19,270 nt of DNA from contig JAUSFL010000022.1 of assembly GCA_030649735.1 (NCBI GenBank), positions 1 to 19,270 on the forward strand, in the 5' to 3' direction. The number at the start of each line of letters is the position of its first letter. Position 1 is the stretch's first letter. Source of the stretch: Candidatus Iainarchaeum sp. GTDB taxonomy: Archaea > Iainarchaeota > Iainarchaeia > Iainarchaeales > UBA10191. The position numbers and the translations under genes were made by a program. The notes beneath the pieces were generated by a model. The model was not told the origin of the DNA, did not search any database, and worked only from the letters and a program-made list of their open reading frames with translations. Shown piece by piece: positions 1 to 8,885 of this stretch.

Positions 1-3000
1 TTTGGAATGCAGCCATTGACTGAATTGACAAGCAAGAAATTCTACGGCACTCCTTCAAAATACGATGCCGTTGAATTGTTTGACACAATGGCAAGCCAGA
101 CTGGCGGAGATTCAATACTTTACAATGGCGACAAGAATGCCGTAATTGGAAAAATAGTCAATTTCGTAACCCAATTGTCAGCCCAAAAGAGGGCAAATTG
201 TGCGGCAAGCGGCGGAATAGTTACAAGAACTGTTGGAGAAGACAATTGCACTGGGCCTGAAACTTGCGCTTGCCCTGCGGGAAAAGAAATGAGCTCTAAT
301 GGAACTTGCATTACAATAGTTTGCTCAACTGGCCAGAACAGGCAATGCGGAACAGCTGCCGAAATTCCAACGCCTCCGGCACTTGCTTGCGGAATTGGAA
401 CACAGGTCTGCAGCAACAATAACTGGAGCGCTTGCAATGCAGTTGAAACGCAGTCTTGCACCAACACTCAAGGAAAAGTAGGAACGCAAACTTGCATTTT
501 GGGACAATGGACTGCCTGCAATGCGTCAAAAGACTTTTTTGTAAGGACTGAAGTGAGGGACGTTAAAGGATTCTTTTCAAATGACACTAACCAGTGGCAG
601 TCTGCATGGTCTGACGTTGATGTAAATGCAAAATTGATTTGCACTGGCGGAGAAAGCATGCCAAGCACTTTAGGGCAGCCATTCAATCAAGCTAACATTC
701 AAGCAATAGCAAGCGCGCCTTCAGGAAGCGAAACTCACCAAGTGCTTTATGAAAGCCCTACAGGCAGCGGGCCAATGTATTATGACAGCGTGAATATGCG
801 TTTCATACTTCCTTCATCATATTCTGCCGGAAGCGTTTATGTGACTTTGAATTCAGGCCTCCCGAACACTAAATGGACCAGGTATTCTGCAGGAATTTTC
901 TCAATGATCAATGGTTATGAAACCACTACATTGAACTCAAATTACTTGGGTTATGGAATAAGCTACATTGCCTCAGACAGCCAGGCAGGGCTTAACGGAA
1001 CATACGGTTCAGAATACACTAATTTGGCAAATGGAGACTTGCCTGGAGTTTCAGGACAGTACATCAGGTTCAAAATAAGGCTTTACAGGAATACTGCCAT
1101 GGGCACAAGCACTGATTCTTTGATATTGAAGAATTTTTCAAGCGATTTCATTGCTGGCGAAACCAGCATTTCCAGCGCCTGCCAGGGAACTTACTATAGG
1201 GTTGACACTGACGGAAATTCCGCAGAGCAATTCTCGCCGGCTTCAGGCAGCGGAGACTTGAATGCTAGTGGAAAAAGCTGGAAACTGCTTGGAGCAGACA
1301 AGAACTTACTGTTTGCTCAGGATGGAAATTACGCTTTAGAATTCTTTTCAAGAAGCACTGCAAGCATTGACGAAAGCCCGTTAAGGAGAATAAATATTTT
1401 AGTGAAAAAACTGCCGGACACTATTGACTTGGGAGATTTCTGCAGTGGAATACAGGATGCTGCAAGCATTAGCGACTTGAACTTGAACATTAATTGGGCC
1501 GCAAGCAGCACTGCCGAAGGAGTCTACAAGTACAGGGTTTATGCCTCAACAAGCCCCACTTTTGAAAGCAGGAAGCTAGTGTTTGAAAGCGGCACTTCAA
1601 CAAGCACTTCGCTAAACTTCAGGGACATTAACTTTTCAAGCTGCGGCGATGGAAAATGCTCTATTGGAGAAAACTGCCCCACAGACTCAATGAGCTGCCC
1701 GATGGGACAAATTTGCACTAATGGCTGCAATTACGTGACAAGCATTACCTTCAATCCATCGCCTTCAGAATGCGGTCCTGGAATGAACAATCCATCGCTT
1801 GACTCGCAATGCCAAGCCAAGTTCGGCACTAACTATGCCTGCATTGACGGCTGCGTGCCAACATCAACAAGCACGTTCTCAAGCCCTATTTGGGATGCTT
1901 TCAAGTATTCTTCAACAAGCCAGGGATTTTGCGGAGAAGGATACTGCGACTTGAATGAATTCTGCCCTAGGGACAACACCTACTGCTCCAGCGGGCAAGT
2001 GTGCAATTACGGCTGCAGGTCGACTCCAAGCGTTTGCGGAAATGGAATTTGTGAAAATGACGAGCACTGCAATGCAGACTCTAGCGTTTGCGGAACTGGC
2101 TATGCATGCATTGCAGGCTGCAGGCCGACAACCACTACAACAAGCGGCGGCGGTTCTGGAACTTCAGGCGGCGGCAGCGGATATTACATTCCAATGTACA
2201 CTTTGACTGTTGCGGCTGTAAAGAACACTTCAAGCCCTTGCGGTGACGGGTTTTGTGAAACAATTAATGCAAGGCCTAATGGCGCGGGAAATTCAAGTTT
2301 CCAGAATGCTTCAGGCGGCGCAACAATTGATGAGTACTGCCCGTTCGACAACAGGTACTGCATTGCGCAAGGATTTGCTAACGGAATTTGCGCCGGCGGC
2401 TGCATAAGCCCAACTACAACTGGCTCTGGGGGAATTCCAGCATCCCAGACTACTTTAATATGCGGCGATGGAGTCTGTGCGATTGGAGAAAACTGTCCAT
2501 TGGATAATTTCTCATGCAATGCCGGAGGACTGACAGGATATGCCTGCATTAATGGCTGCGCTCCAGCTTCAGGGGCTGTAATAACAGATCCTTCCAGGAC
2601 TCGCTTTGACCCTTACAAGGGAAATTATAATGGAATGTGGTGGTTCCAGCTGGAATTAGAATCACAGACTGGCTCCAGAGTATTAAGCGCTCCAAAGCAA
2701 TGCGAATTCAACTTTGAAAGCCCTTTCAGAATTCCAATCACTGGAAGAACATTGCAGAAGGCAATTGGCGACAGGAACATTGATTTTAGGTTCCCGGCAA
2801 ATGCATTAGGCAATGCAACAGACACTAACATAATCATTGACACTAATGACACTCCTCCTTCATTCATGAATGGAAGAATGCTGCAGGCATTCAATTTGGA
2901 AAACGTGAACGGCGACTTGAATTTGACGCAAGCGGCAACTTTCAAAGTGGACTTCAACAAGCAAGCATTGCCTTGCTGGCCTGCCTGCACAATTAAAGAC

Positions 3001-3117
3001 GCCAACAGGTTTTCATTATACAATTACAGTCCAGACACCAATGCTTGGACAAAAATATCCACAATAGTGGACTGGGACAATAACCAAATGTGGGCTGACT
3101 TGAACAGGATTGGATGA
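1..3117 (+). CDS. Large Cys-rich extracellular/surface protein, 5'-truncated by the window edge. It contains Cys repeats, a beta-sandwich, an OmpL47-type Ig-like domain, an FN3-like domain interrupted by CGDGxC repeats, and a C-terminal beta-sandwich.
   Basis: The frame is open from base 1 (TTT GGA ATG...) to TGA at 3115-3117, and there is no signal peptide after the ATG at 7, so the true start is probably upstream. Motifs: GTQxCxxxxWxAC (twice); TYYRVD...DGNYALEFFS (OmpL47-like); about six CG(D/E/N)GxC...C...GC repeats; YNY...W.KIST.VD.DNN at the C-terminus. Confidence 0.8.
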   Translation, partial: FGMQPLTELTSKKFYGTPSKYDAVELFDTMASQTGGDSILYNGDKNAVIGKIVNFVTQLSAQKRANCAASGGIVTRTVGEDNCTGPETCACPAGKEMSSNGTCITIVCSTGQNRQCGTAAEIPTPPALACGIGTQVCSNNNWSACNAVETQSCTNTQGKVGTQTCILGQWTACNASKDFFVRTEVRDVKGFFSNDTNQWQSAWSDVDVNAKLICTGGESMPSTLGQPFNQANIQAIASAPSGSETHQVLYESPTGSGPMYYDSVNMRFILPSSYSAGSVYVTLNSGLPNTKWTRYSAGIFSMINGYETTTLNSNYLGYGISYIASDSQAGLNGTYGSEYTNLANGDLPGVSGQYIRFKIRLYRNTAMGTSTDSLILKNFSSDFIAGETSISSACQGTYYRVDTDGNSAEQFSPASGSGDLNASGKSWKLLGADKNLLFAQDGNYALEFFSRSTASIDESPLRRINILVKKLPDTIDLGDFCSGIQDAASISDLNLNINWAASSTAEGVYKYRVYASTSPTFESRKLVFESGTSTSTSLNFRDINFSSCGDGKCSIGENCPTDSMSCPMGQICTNGCNYVTSITFNPSPSECGPGMNNPSLDSQCQAKFGTNYACIDGCVPTSTSTFSSPIWDAFKYSSTSQGFCGEGYCDLNEFCPRDNTYCSSGQVCNYGCRSTPSVCGNGICENDEHCNADSSVCGTGYACIAGCRPTTTTTSGGGSGTSGGGSGYYIPMYTLTVAAVKNTSSPCGDGFCETINARPNGAGNSSFQNASGGATIDEYCPFDNRYCIAQGFANGICAGGCISPTTTGSGGIPASQTTLICGDGVCAIGENCPLDNFSCNAGGLTGYACINGCAPASGAVITDPSRTRFDPYKGNYNGMWWFQLELESQTGSRVLSAPKQCEFNFESPFRIPITGRTLQKAIGDRNIDFRFPANALGNATDTNIIIDTNDTPPSFMNGRMLQAFNLENVNGDLNLTQAATFKVDFNKQALPCWPACTIKDANRFSLYNYSPDTNAWTKISTIVDWDNNQMWADLNRIG
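1642..2559 (+). repeat. Protein-level array of about six Cys-rich repeats (consensus CGDGxCxxxExCPxDxxxC...CxxGC) with Ser/Thr/Gly linkers
   Basis: Examples: CGDGKCSIGENCPTDSMSCPMGQICTNGC, CGEGYCDLNEFCPRDNTYCSSGQVCNYGC, CGNGICENDEHCNADSSVCGTGYACIAGC, CGDGVCAIGENCPLDNFSCNAGGLTGYACINGC, plus two degenerate or insert-bearing copies. Confidence 0.85.
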
Positions 3118-3150
3118 TTGGAGAATTGAAGGAAAAAGAGGTCTTGGAAA

Positions 3151-4269
3151 ATGCAGAAAAAAACAATTGCAATGCTTTGCGCTTTCGCGCTATTGTGCTT
3201 TTTTGCAGCAGTCACTGTGGTTGGAGAAACAGGGCTTATTGTCATTGGCCAAGGCTTTGACAATGAAAGCCCAATAGTCACAATTACTGCGCCAACTGCG
3301 GGTCAGACATTTGCCACTGGAACGACTTCTGTGCTGCTTTCATACAGTGCTGAAGATGTTGGCGGCGGAGTCATAGCAAATTATTGGGTAAGCTCTAATG
3401 GAACAACCTGGATAAACAAGAATTTGGAAACAACGCATACTTTCACTGGACTTTCTGCAGGCAGCCATGTTTTTTACGCCATTGCAACTGACGATTCGGA
3501 CAATAATTCCGCAACAGCAAGCGTAAGCTTCACAATTTCAAGCTCTACTGAACAACCGCAGACCTGTTCTGCAAAAGGCGGCAGGATTTGTTCCGGAAGC
3601 CAAAATTGCTCTGTAAGCGTTGTGGCGGCAACTGACACTGACAATTGCTGCTTGGGAACTTGCGTTGAAAAAACCTGCCCTCAATTGGGCGGTGTACAGT
3701 GCGACATTAACGCGAATGACTGCTCAAGCTGGATTAACCAATCTTCAGGCTGCTGCACTGCCGGCGCTTGCGCTCCAAAAGCATTAAGCACTGTCCTTTG
3801 CTCTTTTCCGGAATACTTGACGAACGAGCCAATAACCGCAATTTTCATTGAACCGTCAAACTTGGAAGCCTCTTACGACTTTAATGTTGTCGGAAAAGAA
3901 CTGGAAATAAGGCCAAGCCTGGCGAACGAGCTTGCGGACACCATTGTAACGCAATATCCCGCATTGGCAACCTACCTTATTGCAACAAACTTGACTGAAA
4001 GCCCAAGCATGACTTCAGGGCAGGTTTACTTCCTAGAGCTTTTGAGAAAAAAATTGAATTACGGGACTTCAGGATATTCCGCAAAGCCTGAAGAATTCCA
4101 GAACATTTATGACTTGATTTCGGCTTCAAGAATCCGGTGGTGGAATGCCAAAACTGACGACACTTGCGGAATAAAGCTTGACACTAAAGATTACAGCCTG
4201 CAGACAATGCATTACTTCAGGATAAACAACCTGTGGCTGTTATGGAATGACCTTGCAAAAAGAAAATGA
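3151..4269 (+). CDS. Secreted protein: signal peptide, Ig-like domain, two CxxxGGxxC...CC repeats and an unknown C-terminal domain
   Basis: MQKK followed by a hydrophobic stretch. DNESPIVTITAPTAGQTF...GSHVFYAIATDDSDN is a typical bacterial Ig-like pattern. Cys repeats lie at 3565-3771. A GAGGT SD-like motif lies upstream. Confidence 0.8.
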   Translation: MQKKTIAMLCAFALLCFFAAVTVVGETGLIVIGQGFDNESPIVTITAPTAGQTFATGTTSVLLSYSAEDVGGGVIANYWVSSNGTTWINKNLETTHTFTGLSAGSHVFYAIATDDSDNNSATASVSFTISSSTEQPQTCSAKGGRICSGSQNCSVSVVAATDTDNCCLGTCVEKTCPQLGGVQCDINANDCSSWINQSSGCCTAGACAPKALSTVLCSFPEYLTNEPITAIFIEPSNLEASYDFNVVGKELEIRPSLANELADTIVTQYPALATYLIATNLTESPSMTSGQVYFLELLRKKLNYGTSGYSAKPEEFQNIYDLISASRIRWWNAKTDDTCGIKLDTKDYSLQTMHYFRINNLWLLWNDLAKRK

Positions 4270-4303
4270 AAAATTACATTAATAAAATTGGGTGGTGAAT
4301 TAT

Positions 4304-4945
4304 TTGAAAAGAAATATCATGGTATTATTGTTTTTTTTGCTTGCCGGCTTTTTCGCAAGCGCGCAAAGCCCTGCCGAAATTTCATTGGATTTGAAGGCAG
4401 ACACTTTTTACGCAGGCCCAGGGGACACTTTCCAGCTTGTTTTCACATTGAACAATCCAATGCCTGCAGGCGACAATACAATCGACAGGATGGACGTTCA
4501 CTTGCTTGGCTTGAAAACCGCTGGATTGCAGGTTGTCGGCTGGGAACAAAATGGCTGGCTGCATTCCTTTGACGCAAAATTCGAGGACGACCGTTTTTTC
4601 ATCACAAACGCCACAAGCCAGACTTTAACAATCACTTTGAAAGCAACCGCGCAAGTCAAGACATCATCAATCATTGGAAGCTATGCTTTCCAAAAGCTTT
4701 CAGGAACGCAATTCTTGAAGACTCCTTCAGAATTCAATGTCAAAGTGAATGCTGTTGCCGCAGGACAAGCGCAAGCGCCTTCAAAAACCCAGATTCCATT
4801 AAAAGAACAGGAGCAAAACAACATAATAATGATTGAAAGCATTGCAATTATTGCCTTGCTTGCAGTCGTGGCTTTCCTTGCATTCAAGAAGAACAGGACA
4901 AAGCAAGCCCAAGAAGCACAGCATTTTTCGCACAGAAAGAAGTGA
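4304..4945 (+). CDS. Single-pass membrane-anchored surface protein with one beta-sandwich (cohesin-like or Ig-like) domain
   Basis: GGTGGTGA SD at 4291-4298 favours a TTG start at 4304 (MKRNIMVLLFFLLAGFFASA, a signal peptide) over the GTG at 4292. The C-terminal TM helix IIMIESIAIIALLAVVAFLAF is followed by the basic tail KKNR. Confidence 0.8.
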   Translation: MKRNIMVLLFFLLAGFFASAQSPAEISLDLKADTFYAGPGDTFQLVFTLNNPMPAGDNTIDRMDVHLLGLKTAGLQVVGWEQNGWLHSFDAKFEDDRFFITNATSQTLTITLKATAQVKTSSIIGSYAFQKLSGTQFLKTPSEFNVKVNAVAAGQAQAPSKTQIPLKEQEQNNIIMIESIAIIALLAVVAFLAFKKNRTKQAQEAQHFSHRKK

Positions 4946-4946
4946 G

Positions 4947-4975
4947 TTTTCTCGCTTCTTTTTTTTCCTTTTTTT
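4947..4975 (+). terminator. Archaeal-type oligo(T) terminator
   Basis: Long pyrimidine/T tract (ttttctcgcttcttttttttccttttttt) immediately after the stop at 4945. Confidence 0.6.
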
Positions 4976-5004
4976 CCAAAATCTTTTGCCGCATGCAAGT
5001 TAGG

Positions 5005-5012
5005 TTTAAATA
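5005..5012 (+). promoter_or_regulatory. TATA box for the 1255-aa gene
   Basis: TTTAAATA begins 37 nt upstream of ATG 5042, in an intergenic region after a terminator. Confidence 0.55.
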
Positions 5013-5041
5013 TGCAAAACCGCTAGTATTAAGCGAAAAGC

Positions 5042-8000
5042 ATGCATTTCAGGACACTATTTTGGGCTTTTGCTTTAGCTTTGCTTTTGCAAAACGCGGT
5101 CGCGCTTTCTTCAAACATTGACATAAACATTGCCCAGACAGATTATTACATTAAAGACCCGCAAAACATCACGCTCAAGTTTGGCTTTTCAAACTTGCGC
5201 GATGACGATTTAATAATTGACAGAGTTGACTTTTACATTCTTGACTTGAAGTCAAACAATGTCGACTTTGTCGCTTTTTCTGGAAGCGACTGGCAGCACG
5301 AGTACTTGGCAAAGTTTGATGACGACCATTTTTGGATAACCAATGCTTCAGGCCAGACATTGAATGTTACAGTAAAGCCAAATTTCACGACCGAAGGCTC
5401 GTACGACCTTCAGGCATACTACCAGTTTTTTGACCAAACCGGAAGCATGGTTGGATTAGGAGACAACAGGCCAGTCAAGCCTTTAAATGATGTAGTAGAC
5501 CATGTTTTTGCCAGAATAATTGTTGACAAAACCCCGCCGCTTGTTTCATTCACTAAACAGCCGTCCTGGGTGGCCGCGGGCTTAAGCATTGAAGCAAGCG
5601 TTTCAGACGCAAACCCGCTAGTGTACGTCAGGCTGGCCTATAATTCGTCAAGCGGGCAAAAAACAATAAGCATGAAATACAATTCAAAGACAAAGCTGGG
5701 AATTGCAACAATCCCGCTGGCTGACATAAAAGAAGGAACTCTTGTCAATTACACTGTAACTGCCGGAGACCGCGCGGGAAATATCGGAACTGCCTCGGAG
5801 TCTTTCATGGCTTCAGACCTTCCGCAAATAAGCGGGCATCCAGACACTTTACTTCCCCAAGTTCCAATAACCTTGATTGCCAAAATCATTGACTCTTCAG
5901 GCGTGAATGACGCTTCAATAACATTCACTGTTGACGGAAAAAACGAGCAAACATTGCCAATGGCTAAAGGAAGCAGCAGTTCTTGGAGCGCTGTTTTAGG
6001 AAGCTTTCCAAAAGGCGCAAAAATAGACTATGCTATCACAGCGCATGACTCTTTTAGCAATGTTGGAAATTACGCCGGCACTTTTTCAATACTTGACGAA
6101 TACGCTGTAAAATTCAATGTAAAGGACGCTGTCCTGAAAACCCCTGTGAAAAACGTCAATCTCACTGTTTCCTCAAGGGTTGTTGACAATAACGGCGCAA
6201 ACTTCACGATTCCTGAAAAAACATTCGTTTTTGACGATTCAAAAACATTCACGCAGCTTGAAGGAAGCTATTACTTCATTTTTGACACGACTGAATACCC
6301 CCAGCACAGGTTTCTCTTTAACATTCAGTCAGACATGGAAAAAGACATTCTCTTGGGCGCTGGAGTGCAGTCAAGCATTAAAAGCGCAGACATAAAGCCA
6401 AAGATTGCGGACGACAATGAAAGCTTTTACCTTGAAATAAAGGCAGTGATTCAAGAAGCATATCCAGTGAAAACAATCAAGCTCATTTACAGCATCAACA
6501 CCGACTCTTTCAGCGAGTTTTTGGATCTTTCAAAAAACTCCAATGGAGAGTATGTCGGGACTTTAGGCCCTTTCACTGACCAAATAGTCCTTTATTCAAA
6601 AATTGAATTGGTTGACGCTTCAGAGCAGGCAATCATTTACGATTTGGGAATCAGGTGGTACAACCTGTTAAGCACTTTAAATGGCCTGAACATTGGGGTT
6701 GAACTTTGCGGCAATGGAAAAGACGACAACAACAACGGATTGATTGATGAAGGCTGCCCTTGCAAGGAAGCGGACACTCAAACATGCAGCAATAACAGGG
6801 GAGTCTGCAAGGTTGGAACGCAAAAATGCCTTAATGGCGCGTGGAATTCAGTTTGCGAGGGAGGAGTGACTCCAAGCGCTGAAATCTGCGGCAATTCATT
6901 GGATGATGACTGCGATGGCGCAGTTGACAATGGATGCTTCATTGACACTGACGGAGACGGATTGAGTGACGAGAGGGAAATAAAATTAAAAACAGACCCG
7001 CGCAATCCAGACACTGACGGAGACAATGTCTCTGACGGGCAGGAAGTGCTTTACGACAGCACAGACCCGCTAGACGCCAAAAGCAATTTGCTTTATACCG
7101 ACTTGCGCTCAAACATTAGCTTGGGAGAAACCCAAGAAATAAAATTATTCCATCCAAAGCTTGGGCAAATAACCGCGATTGAAGCCTTAATTATATCGCC
7201 TTCAGGAAAGGAAGACGCGTATTCTCCAGACGCGGAAGGAACAGTAAGCTTTAAGCCCACGGAAGCGGGAACTTACTCTGCAAAAATCGCGAAGAAAAAC
7301 TTTGAAGTAGTGAAAAGCTTTGCTGTAAGCTCGGGATTGTTTTCAATATTCAACAGCGCGGGAGTCTCAAATTCAGTAAGCTATGTTTTTGGAGAGTCTG
7401 CAGCGAAAGCGCCATTGGACATTATTCTGGTCATAATACTTTGCATTCTGGTTGGCTTTGTCGCAAATTCCCAGTATAATTCAGTAATGCGCCCTAAAAG
7501 AATTCTTTCTTCAAGCCAGGAAAGAAAAGAATTAATTAAGAGAACAGCGCTAGTAATTTTCAGCGCCGCATTGCCGCTCATTGCATTCAGGATTTTTGGA
7601 ATTCTTGGGGCATTGGTCATTGCAGTCCTTGCAGTCATTGCTTATTTCTTTTCGGGCTTTGCGGCAGCGAAATTTTCTGGAAAAAAGGCAATCAGGGTGG
7701 AAAGCGAAGAATCTGAAGGCGAAAAAAAGTCGTTAGGAAAGCTTGCGGCAGGCTTTAAGGGCTTGTTCGTGTCTGAAAAAAAGCAGGCTGAAATAAAGCA
7801 AACCAAAGAATGGAAAAAGCTGGAATGGACTTTGGACAACCGGCAGCAAAAAGCCGAAGGCCAAACTGAAGACAAGCAAGGCAAGCCGCTGGATTCAGGA
7901 AATTACGCGCAGTCAAAAACCCAGGAAAAAGGAATTGAATACATCACTCCAGAAACAGCCTCAAAGTTTGATGAAGCGTTTTCTGAAAAAGAACAGGCAG

Positions 8001-8809
8001 TGGACACTTCAAAATACGCCGACTCTTCAACTGCAGGCAGCACAAAGTCAATTGAAGTCTGGAAGCGCTTTGAGCCAGTCGAGTTTGAAGAACGCATGAC
8101 TGAAATAGGCAAGGAAGTGGAAAAAAGCCTTGAGAAAAAGCTTTTGGAAGTCGGCGAGGAAATCGAGGGAAGGGTTGGAAAGAAGCTTGCCGAAGTCGAG
8201 GAAGAAGTCGACAAGAGAGTCTCAAGAAGGCTCATGGAAACAGAGGAAACAATAGAGCGCAGAATGTCAAGAAAGCTTTCTGAAGTCGAGGATGACGTTG
8301 ACAGGAAATTAAAAAGAAGAATGGACGACCTTGAAGACGAGATTGGAAGGGAAGTCGAAAAGAAAATTTCCAAGGCAAGCTCTAAAACCAAGCAAAAAAC
8401 ATTGCAAGTGAAAAAAATCAAAAGGCAGGCATTGCTTAGAAAGATTGCGGAAGAAGAGTTGAAAAAAACCGAAGTGTTGAAAGCAAAGCTTGCCGCAGCA
8501 CAGCTGCAGCAGGCCCGGGCCCAAGTTCAAGAAAAGCCGGCCGCAGTCCCAACGCCAGTAATAAAAGAAAAACCAGCAAAAATTGAGGAAACTGGCTTTG
8601 TCCTCAAGGAAACAAAACAGCCAACAGCGCTCGCGCTTGTTTCAAAAACCGAAGAATTGCAGGTTGTCTCAAAAAACAGCGAGCAAAAAATGCAAGACCT
8701 GACAAAACAGCTTGCAATGCTTAACGAAAGCTTCTCCAAAGGCCTTGTAAAGAATGAAGAATTCCAAGCACGGGCCAAAAAGCTTCGTGAAGAGCTCCAA
8801 AAAATTTGA
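5042..8809 (+). CDS. Large multi-domain membrane protein. It has a signal peptide, an N-terminal domain paralogous to the upstream gene, several Ig-like domains, MopE-related Cys/Asp motifs, bacterial TSP3-type Ca-binding repeats, about 3 TM helices, a cytoplasmic 15-residue-repeat coiled coil and a SHOCT-like C-terminus.
   Basis: Motifs ELCGNGKDDNNNGLIDEGC, EICGNSLDDDCDGAVDNGC and DTDGDGLSDERE...DPRNPDTDGDNVSDGQEV at 6701-7076. Hydrophobic segments at about 7420-7670. C-terminus LAMLNESFSKGLVKNEEFQARAKKL. Confidence 0.85.
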   Translation: MHFRTLFWAFALALLLQNAVALSSNIDINIAQTDYYIKDPQNITLKFGFSNLRDDDLIIDRVDFYILDLKSNNVDFVAFSGSDWQHEYLAKFDDDHFWITNASGQTLNVTVKPNFTTEGSYDLQAYYQFFDQTGSMVGLGDNRPVKPLNDVVDHVFARIIVDKTPPLVSFTKQPSWVAAGLSIEASVSDANPLVYVRLAYNSSSGQKTISMKYNSKTKLGIATIPLADIKEGTLVNYTVTAGDRAGNIGTASESFMASDLPQISGHPDTLLPQVPITLIAKIIDSSGVNDASITFTVDGKNEQTLPMAKGSSSSWSAVLGSFPKGAKIDYAITAHDSFSNVGNYAGTFSILDEYAVKFNVKDAVLKTPVKNVNLTVSSRVVDNNGANFTIPEKTFVFDDSKTFTQLEGSYYFIFDTTEYPQHRFLFNIQSDMEKDILLGAGVQSSIKSADIKPKIADDNESFYLEIKAVIQEAYPVKTIKLIYSINTDSFSEFLDLSKNSNGEYVGTLGPFTDQIVLYSKIELVDASEQAIIYDLGIRWYNLLSTLNGLNIGVELCGNGKDDNNNGLIDEGCPCKEADTQTCSNNRGVCKVGTQKCLNGAWNSVCEGGVTPSAEICGNSLDDDCDGAVDNGCFIDTDGDGLSDEREIKLKTDPRNPDTDGDNVSDGQEVLYDSTDPLDAKSNLLYTDLRSNISLGETQEIKLFHPKLGQITAIEALIISPSGKEDAYSPDAEGTVSFKPTEAGTYSAKIAKKNFEVVKSFAVSSGLFSIFNSAGVSNSVSYVFGESAAKAPLDIILVIILCILVGFVANSQYNSVMRPKRILSSSQERKELIKRTALVIFSAALPLIAFRIFGILGALVIAVLAVIAYFFSGFAAAKFSGKKAIRVESEESEGEKKSLGKLAAGFKGLFVSEKKQAEIKQTKEWKKLEWTLDNRQQKAEGQTEDKQGKPLDSGNYAQSKTQEKGIEYITPETASKFDEAFSEKEQAVDTSKYADSSTAGSTKSIEVWKRFEPVEFEERMTEIGKEVEKSLEKKLLEVGEEIEGRVGKKLAEVEEEVDKRVSRRLMETEETIERRMSRKLSEVEDDVDRKLKRRMDDLEDEIGREVEKKISKASSKTKQKTLQVKKIKRQALLRKIAEEELKKTEVLKAKLAAAQLQQARAQVQEKPAAVPTPVIKEKPAKIEETGFVLKETKQPTALALVSKTEELQVVSKNSEQKMQDLTKQLAMLNESFSKGLVKNEEFQARAKKLREELQKI
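8087..8356 (+). repeat. Six tandem 15-residue (45-nt) charged helical repeats
   Basis: EERMTEIGKEVEKSL / EKKLLEVGEEIEGRV / GKKLAEVEEEVDKRV / SRRLMETEETIERRM / SRKLSEVEDDVDRKL / KRRMDDLEDEIGREV, with hydrophobic residues at positions 4, 7, 11 and 15. Confidence 0.85.
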
Positions 8810-8885
8810 CTCTTTTTCTTAATTTTCAATTATATACCACAAGTTGAATATAAAGGCCTGCAAAGAATGTGTTTGTGGAACATTA

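Noticed and set aside
8087-8356. Apolipoprotein-like 11/22-mer repeat interpretation
   Set aside because: The register aligns cleanly at 15 residues, not 11 or 22.
8844-8885. N-terminal extension of GlmS (MNIKACKECVCGTL) in the ORF track
   Set aside because: GlmS needs Cys at the mature N-terminus, so the true start is ATG 8886. The upstream stretch contains TATA-like sequence.
8810-8885. Possible glmS ribozyme upstream of glmS
   Set aside because: The intergenic region is only about 76 nt, AT-rich and shows no evident paired structure. It is too short for the ribozyme.
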